From: Gaiellales bacterium
GTDB taxonomy: Bacteria > Actinomycetota > Thermoleophilia > Gaiellales > F1-60-MAGs149
DNA: 32,994 bases
Assembly (NCBI GenBank): GCA_051006935.1
Contig: JBPCSR010000174.1
Span: forward strand, 1-32,994
Direction of reading: 5' to 3'
In this document: piece by piece, positions 23,294-30,652 of the stretch
Layout: every line of letters begins with the position of its first letter
Position numbering within the stretch: the stretch's first letter is position 1
Notes under the pieces: generated by a model
What the model saw: the letters and a program-made list of their open reading frames with translations, nothing else
Databases searched by the model: none
What the model was told of the DNA's origin: nothing
Position numbers and translations under genes: made by a program

Positions 23294-23890
23294 CTACGCC
23301 TGCTCAGGCGCCGGCGGCTCGGACGCCGGCGTCTCCGGCGCGGGCAGCGCGGCGCTGTCGGGGGCGGGTTCGCCCTCGACGCCCTCCTTGAAGGCCGTCG
23401 CCGTCTCGCCGAGCATGTCGACGCGGGACTTGGCCGCGTCGCCGGCCGACTTGGCCGCCTTGCCGAGCGCGGACTGCGGCTCGTGGTCGTCCTCGGCGAC
23501 GCCGGAGCGGATGTCGCGCGCCGATTCGCCCACGGCGCGCGCAGCGCGGCCGACCGCCGTCTGCGGCTCGGCGCCGCCGGCGGAGGCCCGGGCGTCGTCG
23601 GCGAGGCCCGCGACCTCGTCGCGCGCCTCCTTGGCCGCGTCGAGCGCGCTCGTGCCGACCGCTGCGGCCTTCTCCTTGCCCGCGCGCGTCGCCTGGTAGA
23701 TCGCGGAGTCCTCGTTGGCCTCCTCGTTGAAGCTCGTCTGGAGCTCCTGCGCGGCGCCCTTGATGCCCGTGCCGGTGTCCTTGACGCGGTCTGCGCCCTT
23801 GCGGAACAGCTTCTTGCTGCCGCCGACGCCGAAGATCAGGAAGCCCACGATCACGACGAGCAGGATGTGGACGGGCGAGAGGCCGAACAT
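23294..23890 (-). CDS. Membrane-anchored protein with TatA/YtxH-like N-terminus and a repeat-containing acidic tail
   Basis: ATG 23890 (MFGLSPVHILLVVIVGFLIFGVGGSKKLFRKG) gives one TM helix followed by an amphipathic Lys-rich segment. The tail has two copies of EPQ(T/S)A(V/L)G(R/K)AA(R/K).. The 24 upstream ORF codons are Arg-rich and excluded. Confidence 0.6.
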   Translation of the reverse strand: MFGLSPVHILLVVIVGFLIFGVGGSKKLFRKGADRVKDTGTGIKGAAQELQTSFNEEANEDSAIYQATRAGKEKAAAVGTSALDAAKEARDEVAGLADDARASAGGAEPQTAVGRAARAVGESARDIRSGVAEDDHEPQSALGKAAKSAGDAAKSRVDMLGETATAFKEGVEGEPAPDSAALPAPETPASEPPAPEQA

Positions 23891-23896
23891 GGGCGC

Positions 23897-23902
23897 ATCG
23901 TA
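23897..23902 (-). promoter_or_regulatory. -10 element TACGAT, 6 nt upstream of ATG 23890 (leaderless arrangement)
   Basis: The minus strand reads CGGTACGAT-GCGCCC-ATG. Confidence 0.55.
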
Positions 23903-23970
23903 CCGGCAACGTCGCGCGGCCCGCGGATTCCCTGCATTCCGGCCCAACGGCCCTCGTTCCACGTTGCCTG

Positions 23971-23984
23971 ATAATCATGATTAT
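23971..23984. promoter_or_regulatory. Perfect AT-rich 14-bp palindrome ATAATCATGATTAT (candidate operator)
   Basis: It is fully self-complementary and the most AT-rich stretch I saw in the window. It lies between the vapC stop (24031) and the start of the TatA/YtxH-like gene (23890). Confidence 0.5.
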
Positions 23985-24030
23985 GGGAAGTCAGAATCGC
24001 CGGGCGACGCTCGCCGGCGCCCCGCCCGCC

Positions 24031-24438
24031 TCAGGCCGGATCGACGGCGACGATCTGCACCAGCGCCTCCGCTCCGCGCAGATCCGCCGCGTTCGCGGTG
24101 ACCAACGGGATCCGGTGCGCGCTCGCCGTCGCCGCGATCATCAGATCGACCGCGCGCCGGCGGTGCGTTCGACCGCGCTCGCGCACCAGGACGCAGACCT
24201 TCGCGTATTCGCGGGCGGCGGCCCGGTCGAACGGCAGCACCTTGAACAGCTGCAGCATCCGACGGTGCGCGAGATCGCGGCGGAAGCGCAGCTCCCAGTC
24301 GGTGCCGGCGACCAGGAGCCCGTGCTCGATCTCCCCGACGGTCGCGACGGAGATCGCGACGTCGGCGTACCCGGCGATCGCCGTCGCCAGGCGGTCGCGC
24401 GGCAGCAGCAGTGCGGACGTGTCGAGCAGCGCGCGCAT
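24031..24438 (-). CDS. vapC: PIN-domain toxin VapC
   Basis: 135 aa. MRALLDTSALL (Asp6), GEIE, DLMIAATA and VTANAADL acidic residues in PIN spacing. 1-nt overlap with the antitoxin stop (TGATG). Confidence 0.88.
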   Translation of the reverse strand: MRALLDTSALLLPRDRLATAIAGYADVAISVATVGEIEHGLLVAGTDWELRFRRDLAHRRMLQLFKVLPFDRAAAREYAKVCVLVRERGRTHRRRAVDLMIAATASAHRIPLVTANAADLRGAEALVQIVAVDPA

Positions 24439-24728
24439 CAGGCGTCCATCCAGCCGCCGTGGCGCTCGAACGGATCGTCCTCCGGATCGAGCGCGTCGCC
24501 CAGATCGGGACGCTCGCCCTCGAACGCCGTGGCGAACTCCACGGACTCCAGCATGTCCAGCACCTCGGACACGGGAACCCACGTCCGCGGCCCCGGCGGA
24601 TGCGCGGGGACGAGCACCGCACAGAGGCGGCCGTCGACGGTCACCTCGAACGTCTCCCCCGCCTCGGCGCGCCGCACGATCGCCGAGGCCTGGTTCTTGA
24701 GCTCGCGGAGCGGGATGCGCGTCGCCAT
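24438..24728 (-). CDS. Phd/YefM-type antitoxin
   Basis: 96 aa. MATRIPLRELKNQASAIVRRAEAGETFEVTVDGRLCAVLVP is a typical Phd/YefM N-domain. Acidic C-tail. Directly upstream of vapC. Confidence 0.85.
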   Translation of the reverse strand: MATRIPLRELKNQASAIVRRAEAGETFEVTVDGRLCAVLVPAHPPGPRTWVPVSEVLDMLESVEFATAFEGERPDLGDALDPEDDPFERHGGWMDA

Positions 24729-24734
24729 ACCGGC

Positions 24735-24740
24735 AGTGTA
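24735..24740 (-). promoter_or_regulatory. -10 element TACACT, 6 nt upstream of the antitoxin ATG (leaderless arrangement)
   Basis: The minus strand reads TCTACACT-GCCGGT-ATG. Confidence 0.5.
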
Positions 24741-24754
24741 GAACATGTTCCACA
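24737..24754. promoter_or_regulatory. Near-perfect 18-bp palindrome TGTAGAACATGTTCCACA, candidate VapB/VapC operator
   Basis: 16 of 18 positions are self-complementary with a perfect GAACATGTTC core. It lies 9 nt upstream of the antitoxin ATG and overlaps its -10 element. Confidence 0.6.
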
Positions 24755-24823
24755 TGACCCGCCGTCCCGTCCCCGTTCGCCGACCCGCACGAGCCAACGC
24801 GCCGGTGCGGCGACGCGGCGCGT

Positions 24824-24829
24824 TACGAT
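24824..24829 (+). promoter_or_regulatory. -10 element TACGAT, 6 nt upstream of the LpdA-like ATG (leaderless arrangement)
   Basis: The plus strand reads GTTACGAT-TCGGCC-ATG. No Shine-Dalgarno is possible. Confidence 0.55.
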
Positions 24830-24835
24830 TCGGCC

Positions 24836-26260
24836 ATGCGCTACGTGATCCTCGGCGGCGGACCAGCGGGCTATGCCGCCGCATCCGCCGCGGCGGCGCT
24901 GCACGCCGAGGTCACGCTGATCGAGGACCACGGGCTCGGCGGATCGTGCACGCTGACCGACGCGATCCCGTCGAAGACGCTCCTCTCCACCGCCACCGTG
25001 CTCGCCGCGATCGACCGCGCCGACCGGTCGGGCGTCGCCTTCGAGCACGGCAAGCCGCACGTCGACATGCTGCGCACCGTCGCGCACGCGCGCTGGGTCG
25101 CCACGCACCAGTCCCGCGGCATCCGCGACCGCCTCGAGGAGACCACGGTCAAGATCATCCACGGACGCGGCCGCATCGCCGCGCCGGGGCTGATCCACGT
25201 CGAGTGCGACGGCTACACGGCCGAGGTCGAGTACGACGCGCTGCTGATCGCGACCGGGGCGAGCCCCTGGCTGCCGCCGTTCGCCGACATGGCCAGCGAC
25301 CGCGTCTTCACGACGCGCGAGGTGCTCGACCAGCGCGAGACGCCCGAGCACCTGATCGTCGTCGGCGCCGGTGCGACGGGCTGCGAGTACGCCGAGTTCT
25401 TCGCGTCGTCGGGCAGCAAGATCACGCTGCTGTCGGCCCGCTCCCAGGTGCTGCCGAACGAGGACGAGGACGTGGCCGAGATCATCCAGGAGGCCTTCCT
25501 CTCGCGCGGCATGGAGACCCAGATGGACGCGCGCATCGTCGAGGTCGACGCCGACGACGAGGGCGTCACCGTCACTTCCGGGGACGGCCGCGTGTTTCGC
25601 GGCTCGCACGCGATCATCTGCATGGGCCAGCGCGCCAACACGACCAACCTGGGGCTCGAGACGATCGGCGTCGAGGTCGACGACCGCGGGGCGATCATGG
25701 TTGACGAGCACATGCGCACGAGCGCCGACGGCATCTACGCGGCGGGCGACGTGGCCGGCGGGATGATGCTCGCCTCGACCGGCGCCATGCAGGGCCGCCA
25801 CGCCGCGCTCCACGCCTGCGGGATCGCGGAGGGGCCGCTCAACCTCGCCAACGTCGCCTGGACCATCTTCACGCGCCCCGAGGTGGCCACCGTCGGCATC
25901 ACCGAGTCGATGGCGGCCCGCGAGGGCCGCGCGGTCGACCTCACCAAGCACTACCTCGGGTCGAATCCACGCGGCGTCATCTCGGGCTGGCGCGAGGGCC
26001 TGATCAAGCTGATCACCGATCCCGAATCCGGCGTGCTGCTGGGCGGCTCGATCGTCGGCTACCGCGCCTCCGAGAACATCGCCACGATCGCGCTCGCCGT
26101 CAACGAGGGCCTGACGGTGGAATCGCTTGCCAACACCGGCGTCGTCACGCCCTCGATGTCGGAGTCGCTGCAGCGCGCGGCCGAGCGCGCGATGAACCGC
26201 CGCATGGCCAGCGACGGCACGGCCACGCCCGTGCCGCACACGCAGCCGCTCGGCGCCTAG
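24836..26260 (+). CDS. FAD/NAD(P)-dependent pyridine nucleotide-disulfide oxidoreductase family, LpdA-like NAD(P)H-quinone-type flavoprotein (non-canonical active site)
   Basis: 474 aa. GGGPAG FAD motif, VVGAGATGCE NAD motif, C-terminal dimerisation domain. The active-site segment is GGSCTLTDAIPSK, with only one Cys. Confidence 0.85.
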   Translation: MRYVILGGGPAGYAAASAAAALHAEVTLIEDHGLGGSCTLTDAIPSKTLLSTATVLAAIDRADRSGVAFEHGKPHVDMLRTVAHARWVATHQSRGIRDRLEETTVKIIHGRGRIAAPGLIHVECDGYTAEVEYDALLIATGASPWLPPFADMASDRVFTTREVLDQRETPEHLIVVGAGATGCEYAEFFASSGSKITLLSARSQVLPNEDEDVAEIIQEAFLSRGMETQMDARIVEVDADDEGVTVTSGDGRVFRGSHAIICMGQRANTTNLGLETIGVEVDDRGAIMVDEHMRTSADGIYAAGDVAGGMMLASTGAMQGRHAALHACGIAEGPLNLANVAWTIFTRPEVATVGITESMAAREGRAVDLTKHYLGSNPRGVISGWREGLIKLITDPESGVLLGGSIVGYRASENIATIALAVNEGLTVESLANTGVVTPSMSESLQRAAERAMNRRMASDGTATPVPHTQPLGA

Positions 26261-28095
26261 CCCGTCGTGACGCTGCCCGTCACGACCTTCCAGCCGGCCG
26301 GGCACCCCGCCTTGCGCGGTCCGATGCGCACGACGCCGTCCTCCGGCGCGTAGCGCCAGTGCCACATCTGCTTCGAGCGCAGCTTGCCGTTGCGGTACAC
26401 CGTGCGGCCGTACTTGATGTGGAAGCCGTCCTCGCCCTTCATCTGGTCGAACTTGGCATCCCCCGGGGCGAGTGACGGATCGCAGTAGCGGATCAGCTTG
26501 GCCTTGGTGAAGGAGTACGGCTCGCCCTCGTAGGCGACGACCTTGCGGCCGAGCGGCGCGCTCAGCATCTTGACCGTGATGCCGGAGTCGTCGGTGTGCG
26601 TGAGGATCACCACGGGCGCATCCCAGTCGTTCTGGAAGATCAGCTCGGGACCGCCCCAGGAGACGGTCGCCTCGCGGCCCTTCGGGTAGCGCGTGATCCA
26701 GAACGAGTGCGGCGTGTGGGCGATCAGCTTGAGGCCGCTGAAGAAGGCGGCGTTGAAGGTCGTCGTGGCGATCTGGGAGACGCCGCCGCCGACGGAGTCC
26801 TTGAGCAGCCCCCCTTCGCCGATCATCGGCGCCTTCACGAAGCCGCGCGCCTCGGTGCGCTCCCCGAGCGCCTTGTTGAGGGAGAAGGTCGCGCGCGCCG
26901 GGATGATGTACTGGTCGAGGATCTCCGCGCCGCGCTTGATGTTGATGATGCGCGCGCCCGTCGTGTACGGCGTGAAGAACTCGCCGACGACCTGCGTCAC
27001 CCCCATCTTCTGGGCCTTCTCCGAGGACAGCGCGGGATAGCGCACGCCGATCGAGATCGGCGTGATGTGCTTGGTCGGGTCCTTCTGCCAGGCGGCGGCG
27101 AGCGCGTCGACGTCGACGCCGCGGCCGTTGCGCGAGCCGATGATGCGCGCCTTGCCCGCGGCGTTGGTCGTGAAGATCGCGTTGCGCGGTGCGCGCTCGC
27201 GACTGCCGTAGGCCTTGCTGAAGAACGCCCGCAGCACCCCGCGCGAGAGGTCGAACGAGACGGCGCCGTCCTTCTGCGTGAAGGTCGCGGCGCGGAGCGC
27301 GACGCTGCGCGGCACGCGCCGAGGATCGCTGTTGAGCGTGACGATGTGCGGGGCCTTGACGAACGAGCGCGCCGCCGCCGCGGCCTGCGCCGCCTCGTCC
27401 GTCGTGATCGCCGGCTGCGTCACGACGATCGGCACGTCGATGTCGGGACCGCTCTGCCCGATCGTCCGGATCGCGGCCTGGATCCCGCCGATGTTCGGGC
27501 GCTGGCCGTCCGCGGAGCGGCGCACGGGGAAGCGGCCGTTCGCATCCTTGACCACGATCGCGTTGCGCGCCGGCACCGTCGTCGCCTGGCGCAGCGGCAA
27601 CGTCGCCTGCGCGAGCTCGGACGGGCTGTAGAGGTACGTCAGCGGCACCTCGTGCGCGCCCGCGAAGCCGAGTCGTCCGAGCAGGCGCTCGAGGAACGAC
27701 GAGTCGCGCTGGGCGGAGCGCACGGCGACCTGTGCGTTCGGACGCAGGTTGATGGCGGCGGGATCGATCGCGAAGCGGTTGCCGCCGGCGACGAAGACCA
27801 CGCCGCGCGCGACGACCTGCTGCCCGTGCGCGCGGACCTTCGCCTTCGCCTCGGCGGTCGTCATGTCCCCCACGTCCACGCCGTCGATCTGGGTCCCGGC
27901 GGGGATCGCGGAGCCGGTGTCGCGTCCGAGGTAGAGCGCCCCCGCCGCCAGCACGCCGAGCACCGCGAGCAGGCCGAGGATGATCAAGAGCGGGCCTCGT
28001 CGACGGCGTCGGCGGACGGGCCGCCGGGGGCCGAGGCTGTCGGCGATGGGCTCCTCGAAGCGGTAGACCCGCATCCGCTCAGGTTGAGTGCCCAC
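26257..28095 (-). CDS. VanW-family cell-wall-associated protein with N-terminal membrane anchor
   Basis: 612 aa. Arg-rich N-terminus followed by a TM helix (LLIILGLLAVLGVLAAGALYL). VanW core (FSLNKALGERTEARGF...GGGVSQIATTTFNAAFFSGL...YPKGREATVSW). G5-like C-terminus. Confidence 0.85.
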   Translation of the reverse strand: MGTQPERMRVYRFEEPIADSLGPRRPVRRRRRRGPLLIILGLLAVLGVLAAGALYLGRDTGSAIPAGTQIDGVDVGDMTTAEAKAKVRAHGQQVVARGVVFVAGGNRFAIDPAAINLRPNAQVAVRSAQRDSSFLERLLGRLGFAGAHEVPLTYLYSPSELAQATLPLRQATTVPARNAIVVKDANGRFPVRRSADGQRPNIGGIQAAIRTIGQSGPDIDVPIVVTQPAITTDEAAQAAAAARSFVKAPHIVTLNSDPRRVPRSVALRAATFTQKDGAVSFDLSRGVLRAFFSKAYGSRERAPRNAIFTTNAAGKARIIGSRNGRGVDVDALAAAWQKDPTKHITPISIGVRYPALSSEKAQKMGVTQVVGEFFTPYTTGARIINIKRGAEILDQYIIPARATFSLNKALGERTEARGFVKAPMIGEGGLLKDSVGGGVSQIATTTFNAAFFSGLKLIAHTPHSFWITRYPKGREATVSWGGPELIFQNDWDAPVVILTHTDDSGITVKMLSAPLGRKVVAYEGEPYSFTKAKLIRYCDPSLAPGDAKFDQMKGEDGFHIKYGRTVYRNGKLRSKQMWHWRYAPEDGVVRIGPRKAGCPAGWKVVTGSVTTG

Positions 28096-28102
28096 GCAGC
28101 GG

Positions 28103-28108
28103 ATTCTA
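28103..28108 (-). promoter_or_regulatory. -10 element TAGAAT, 7 nt upstream of the VanW GTG (leaderless arrangement)
   Basis: The minus strand reads CGTAGAAT-CCGCTGC-GTG. Confidence 0.55.
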
Positions 28109-28150
28109 CGGTGCGCGTCCGCGCCCGTGTCGCGCTCGCCGTGAGGCGGG

Positions 28151-29104
28151 CTACGCGCTCAGGGCGAGGTACTCGCGCAGGTCCGGATTGGCCTTCGCGA
28201 GCGTGCTCAGCGCGCGCCCCTCGACCTGCCGGACCCGCTCGCGGGTGCAGCCGAGCTCGGAGCTCACCTGATCCAGCGTGCGCGTGCCATTGCCGTCGAG
28301 GCCGTAGCGGAGCTCGACGACCTGGCGCTCCTGCTCGTGGAGCTGGTCGAGCGCCTCCTGGAGATCGGCCGTGAAGCTGCCGCCGGTGACGGCCTCCTCC
28401 GGCTGGACGGCGTTGGGATCCTCGACGAGGTCGGCGATGTCGGAGTCGCCGTCGCCGACGCTGACGTCGAGCGACACCGGGTCGTCGACGATGTCGAGCA
28501 GGGCGTTGATCTTCTTGACGCCCAGGCCCGTGGCCTCGGCGAGCTCCTCCGGCGTGGCGGGGCGGCCGAGCTCCTGGCGGAGCCGCCGCTCGGCCTTGCG
28601 CACGCGCTTGAGGTTGTCGACGACGTGCACGGGCAGGCGGATCGTGCGGCCCTGGTCCGCGATCGCGCGGCTGATCGCCTGGCGGATCCACCACGTGGCG
28701 TACGTGGACAGCTTGAAGCCCTTCGTGTGGTCGAACTTCTCGACCGCGCGCATCAGGCCGACGTTGCCCTCCTGGATCAGGTCGAGCAGCGGCACGCCGG
28801 AGGCGGCGCTGTACGGCCGGGCGATGCTCATGACGAGGCGCAGGTTGCGCTCGATCAGCTCCCGCTTGGCCGCCATGTCCCCTGCGTCCTTGCGCCGCGC
28901 GAGCGCGGCCTCCTCCCCCGCCGTCAGCAGGCGGCCGTCGCCGATCTGGCGCACGTAGGTGAAGAGCAGATCGACCTCCGGCGTCTCGTCGAACGAGTCG
29001 TCGATGACCTCCGCCGCCGGCGCGTCGAACGCGTCGTCGGGCTGGGCGATGCGGAGCTTGCGGTCGGTGCGCGGGGTGCGCTTGGGTGCTGCTGTGGCAG
29101 TCAT
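28151..29104 (-). CDS. RNA polymerase sigma-70 family factor, group 1/2 (SigB-like size)
   Basis: ATG 29104 gives 317 aa. Region 2 is [52 protein letters not shown]. Regions 3 and 4.2 are present ([23 protein letters not shown]). Confidence 0.92.
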   Translation of the reverse strand: MTATAAPKRTPRTDRKLRIAQPDDAFDAPAAEVIDDSFDETPEVDLLFTYVRQIGDGRLLTAGEEAALARRKDAGDMAAKRELIERNLRLVMSIARPYSAASGVPLLDLIQEGNVGLMRAVEKFDHTKGFKLSTYATWWIRQAISRAIADQGRTIRLPVHVVDNLKRVRKAERRLRQELGRPATPEELAEATGLGVKKINALLDIVDDPVSLDVSVGDGDSDIADLVEDPNAVQPEEAVTGGSFTADLQEALDQLHEQERQVVELRYGLDGNGTRTLDQVSSELGCTRERVRQVEGRALSTLAKANPDLREYLALSA

Positions 29105-29112
29105 GGTGCAGT

Positions 29113-29161
29113 CAGGATTCCGACTCCCCGTCGCGCCCGCCACCCGGGGACGCGAATCCTG
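29113..29161 (-). promoter_or_regulatory. 49-nt stem-loop in the sigma-factor 5' leader, ending 8 nt before the AUG
   Basis: CAGGATTC pairs with GAATCCTG (8 bp) and TCCCCG pairs with CGGGGA (6 bp), with a 4/3-nt internal loop and a 14-nt apical loop. The 3' arm contains the only SD-like purine runs (GGGGAG, GGAA). Confidence 0.45.
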
Positions 29162-29272
29162 CCGCTCTCTTAACGAAATGCTCATACATGCGGCTGTCAA
29201 CCCGCTTGACCGCAACACGAACGCAACATTTCGACGGTCGCAATGCGCCCGCCGAACCGGCGCGCGCAGCGG

Positions 29273-29542
29273 TCAGGAGGCGGGCAGCAGGAGCGTCTGT
29301 CCGGCCTGGATGGTGGGCCCCTGCAGCTGGTTGAGCTGCTCGATCGCCCCCACCATGTCCCGCGGATCGCCGGTCGTGGCGTCGTCGGCGATGCTCCACA
29401 GCGTGTCGCCCGGCTGGACGACGTAGGACTGCGGCGGCGCCGAGCCCTGGCTGTCGGGTGCGGCGCGCAGGCCGATCACGAGGACGAGGGAGAGGATGGC
29501 GAGGAGCAGCCCCACCGAACGGAGTATGCGGATGTCGAACAT
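29273..29542 (-). CDS. Small single-pass membrane protein with C-terminal LysM domain (YneA/ChiZ-like architecture)
   Basis: 89 aa. TM helix SVGLLLAILSLVLVIGL, then LysM YVVQPGDTLWSIA...IQAGQTLLLP. The start codon lies inside a LexA box. Confidence 0.85.
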   Translation of the reverse strand: MFDIRILRSVGLLLAILSLVLVIGLRAAPDSQGSAPPQSYVVQPGDTLWSIADDATTGDPRDMVGAIEQLNQLQGPTIQAGQTLLLPAS

Positions 29543-29549
29543 ATGTTCG
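29536..29549. promoter_or_regulatory. LexA (Cheo/SOS) box 1, CGAACATATGTTCG
   Basis: Perfect 14-bp palindrome matching the Gram-positive/actinobacterial consensus CGAAC-N4-GTTCG. It covers the predicted TSS and the ATG (29542-29540) of the LysM gene. Confidence 0.8.
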
Positions 29550-29551
29550 GA

Positions 29552-29580
29552 ACGGTAGTCCGAACAGGTGTTCGCGTCAA
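29552..29580 (-). promoter_or_regulatory. Promoter of the LysM gene: -35 TTGACG, 17-nt spacer, -10 TACCGT
   Basis: The minus strand reads CTTGACG-CGAACACCTGTTCGGAC-TACCGT-TCCGAACAT-ATG. The -10 hexamer ends 9 nt before the ATG, so the leader is very short or absent. Confidence 0.7.
29561..29574. promoter_or_regulatory. LexA (Cheo/SOS) box 2, CGAACAGGTGTTCG
   Basis: Both half-sites are perfect (CGAAC-N4-GTTCG). It lies 25 bp centre-to-centre from box 1, entirely within the 17-nt spacer of the LysM promoter. Confidence 0.8.
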
Positions 29581-29602
29581 GCGGTCCGGCGTAACGATTG
29601 CG

Positions 29603-30652
29603 TCACAGCGCATCGACCGCGGTGAGCAGCGCTTCCAGCACGCGATCCGGGCCGTTGCGGACGACGTCGTCCGCCGTCAGCCCGGTCTCCGCCTCGGCCG
29701 CGCGGATCGCCTCCGCGGCTTCGTCGGCATCGAGGTGCTTCGTGTTGAGCGTGACCGCGGCGACGCGAGCCGGGCGCACCGCGCTGGCGGAGCGCTCGTA
29801 CAGCTCGATCACCTCGGGCAGCGGCGGGATCGGCCGCGACGGGTAGTCGTCGTTGTGCGTCTGCCCCGCGAGGTGCTGCAGCACCAGCACGTCGGGCTGC
29901 GAGCCGTGCAGCAGGCCCTGCGTGACCGCGCTGTACCCCGGATGCAGGAGCGAGCCCTGCCCTTCGAGGAACAGGAGGTCGCCGTGCTCAGCGCCCTGGT
30001 CGATCAGGGACTCGGCCGCGCCGTTGACGTAGTCGGAGATGACGTGGTCGACCGCGATCCCCCACCCGCTGATGGCGATGCCCGTCTGACCGGTCGCCAC
30101 GAACACGCTGCGCCGCCCGCGCGCACGGGCGCCCTCCGCGAGCTCGAGCGCGGTCGACATCTTGCCGATCGCGCAGTCGGTGCCCACGGTGTGCACGACG
30201 CGGACGCCCGCGGGGCGCGAGAGGTCGTAACGCGGGATCGTGAGGCCCTTCGGCGACTCGCGCAGATCGCGGAGCTCGACGCCGTGCTCGGCGGCCGCGG
30301 CCACCAGCTCGGAGTCGTCGTGGAGGAGCGTGTGCAGGCCCGCCTCGACGTGCATCCCGAGTGCCATCGCACGCAGCAGCTGCTGCTTCCAGGCGTCGGT
30401 GAGCTTCCCGCCCGCGGGCGCGACGCCGATCAGGACGCGGGTCGCGCCGAGCGCGTGCGCGGCGTCGACGTCGGCGACGATCGGCACGTCGCGCCGCGCG
30501 AACGGCACGACCTCGGCGCTCGTGCGGCCTGCCTGCGTGCTGTCCACGACGCAGACGACGTCGCGGTCGCCGAAGCGCAGGACGCCGTGCCCCGTCTTCG
30601 CGTCGGACTCGGCCCACAGGCCCTCCGCCAGGATCGCCAGCCGGTCGCTCAT
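29603..30652 (-). CDS. DUF1611-family protein (DgcN-like)
   Basis: ATG 30652 (MSDRLAILAEGLW...), 349 aa. ATGA overlap with the upstream epimerase stop. VGTDCAIGKMSTALEL P-loop-like segment typical of DUF1611. The rest of ORF 29603..31324 overlaps the epimerase and is junk. Confidence 0.8.
   Translation of the reverse strand: MSDRLAILAEGLWAESDAKTGHGVLRFGDRDVVCVVDSTQAGRTSAEVVPFARRDVPIVADVDAAHALGATRVLIGVAPAGGKLTDAWKQQLLRAMALGMHVEAGLHTLLHDDSELVAAAAEHGVELRDLRESPKGLTIPRYDLSRPAGVRVVHTVGTDCAIGKMSTALELAEGARARGRRSVFVATGQTGIAISGWGIAVDHVISDYVNGAAESLIDQGAEHGDLLFLEGQGSLLHPGYSAVTQGLLHGSQPDVLVLQHLAGQTHNDDYPSRPIPPLPEVIELYERSASAVRPARVAAVTLNTKHLDADEAAEAIRAAEAETGLTADDVVRNGPDRVLEALLTAVDAL

Noticed and set aside
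29170-29215. TTGACA hexamer and GTTGCG direct repeats upstream of the sigma gene, considered as a defined promoter.
   Set aside because: No TAnnnT or TATAAT-like hexamer lies 16-19 nt downstream of the TTGACA, so I cannot place a promoter confidently. It is mentioned only within the leader finding.
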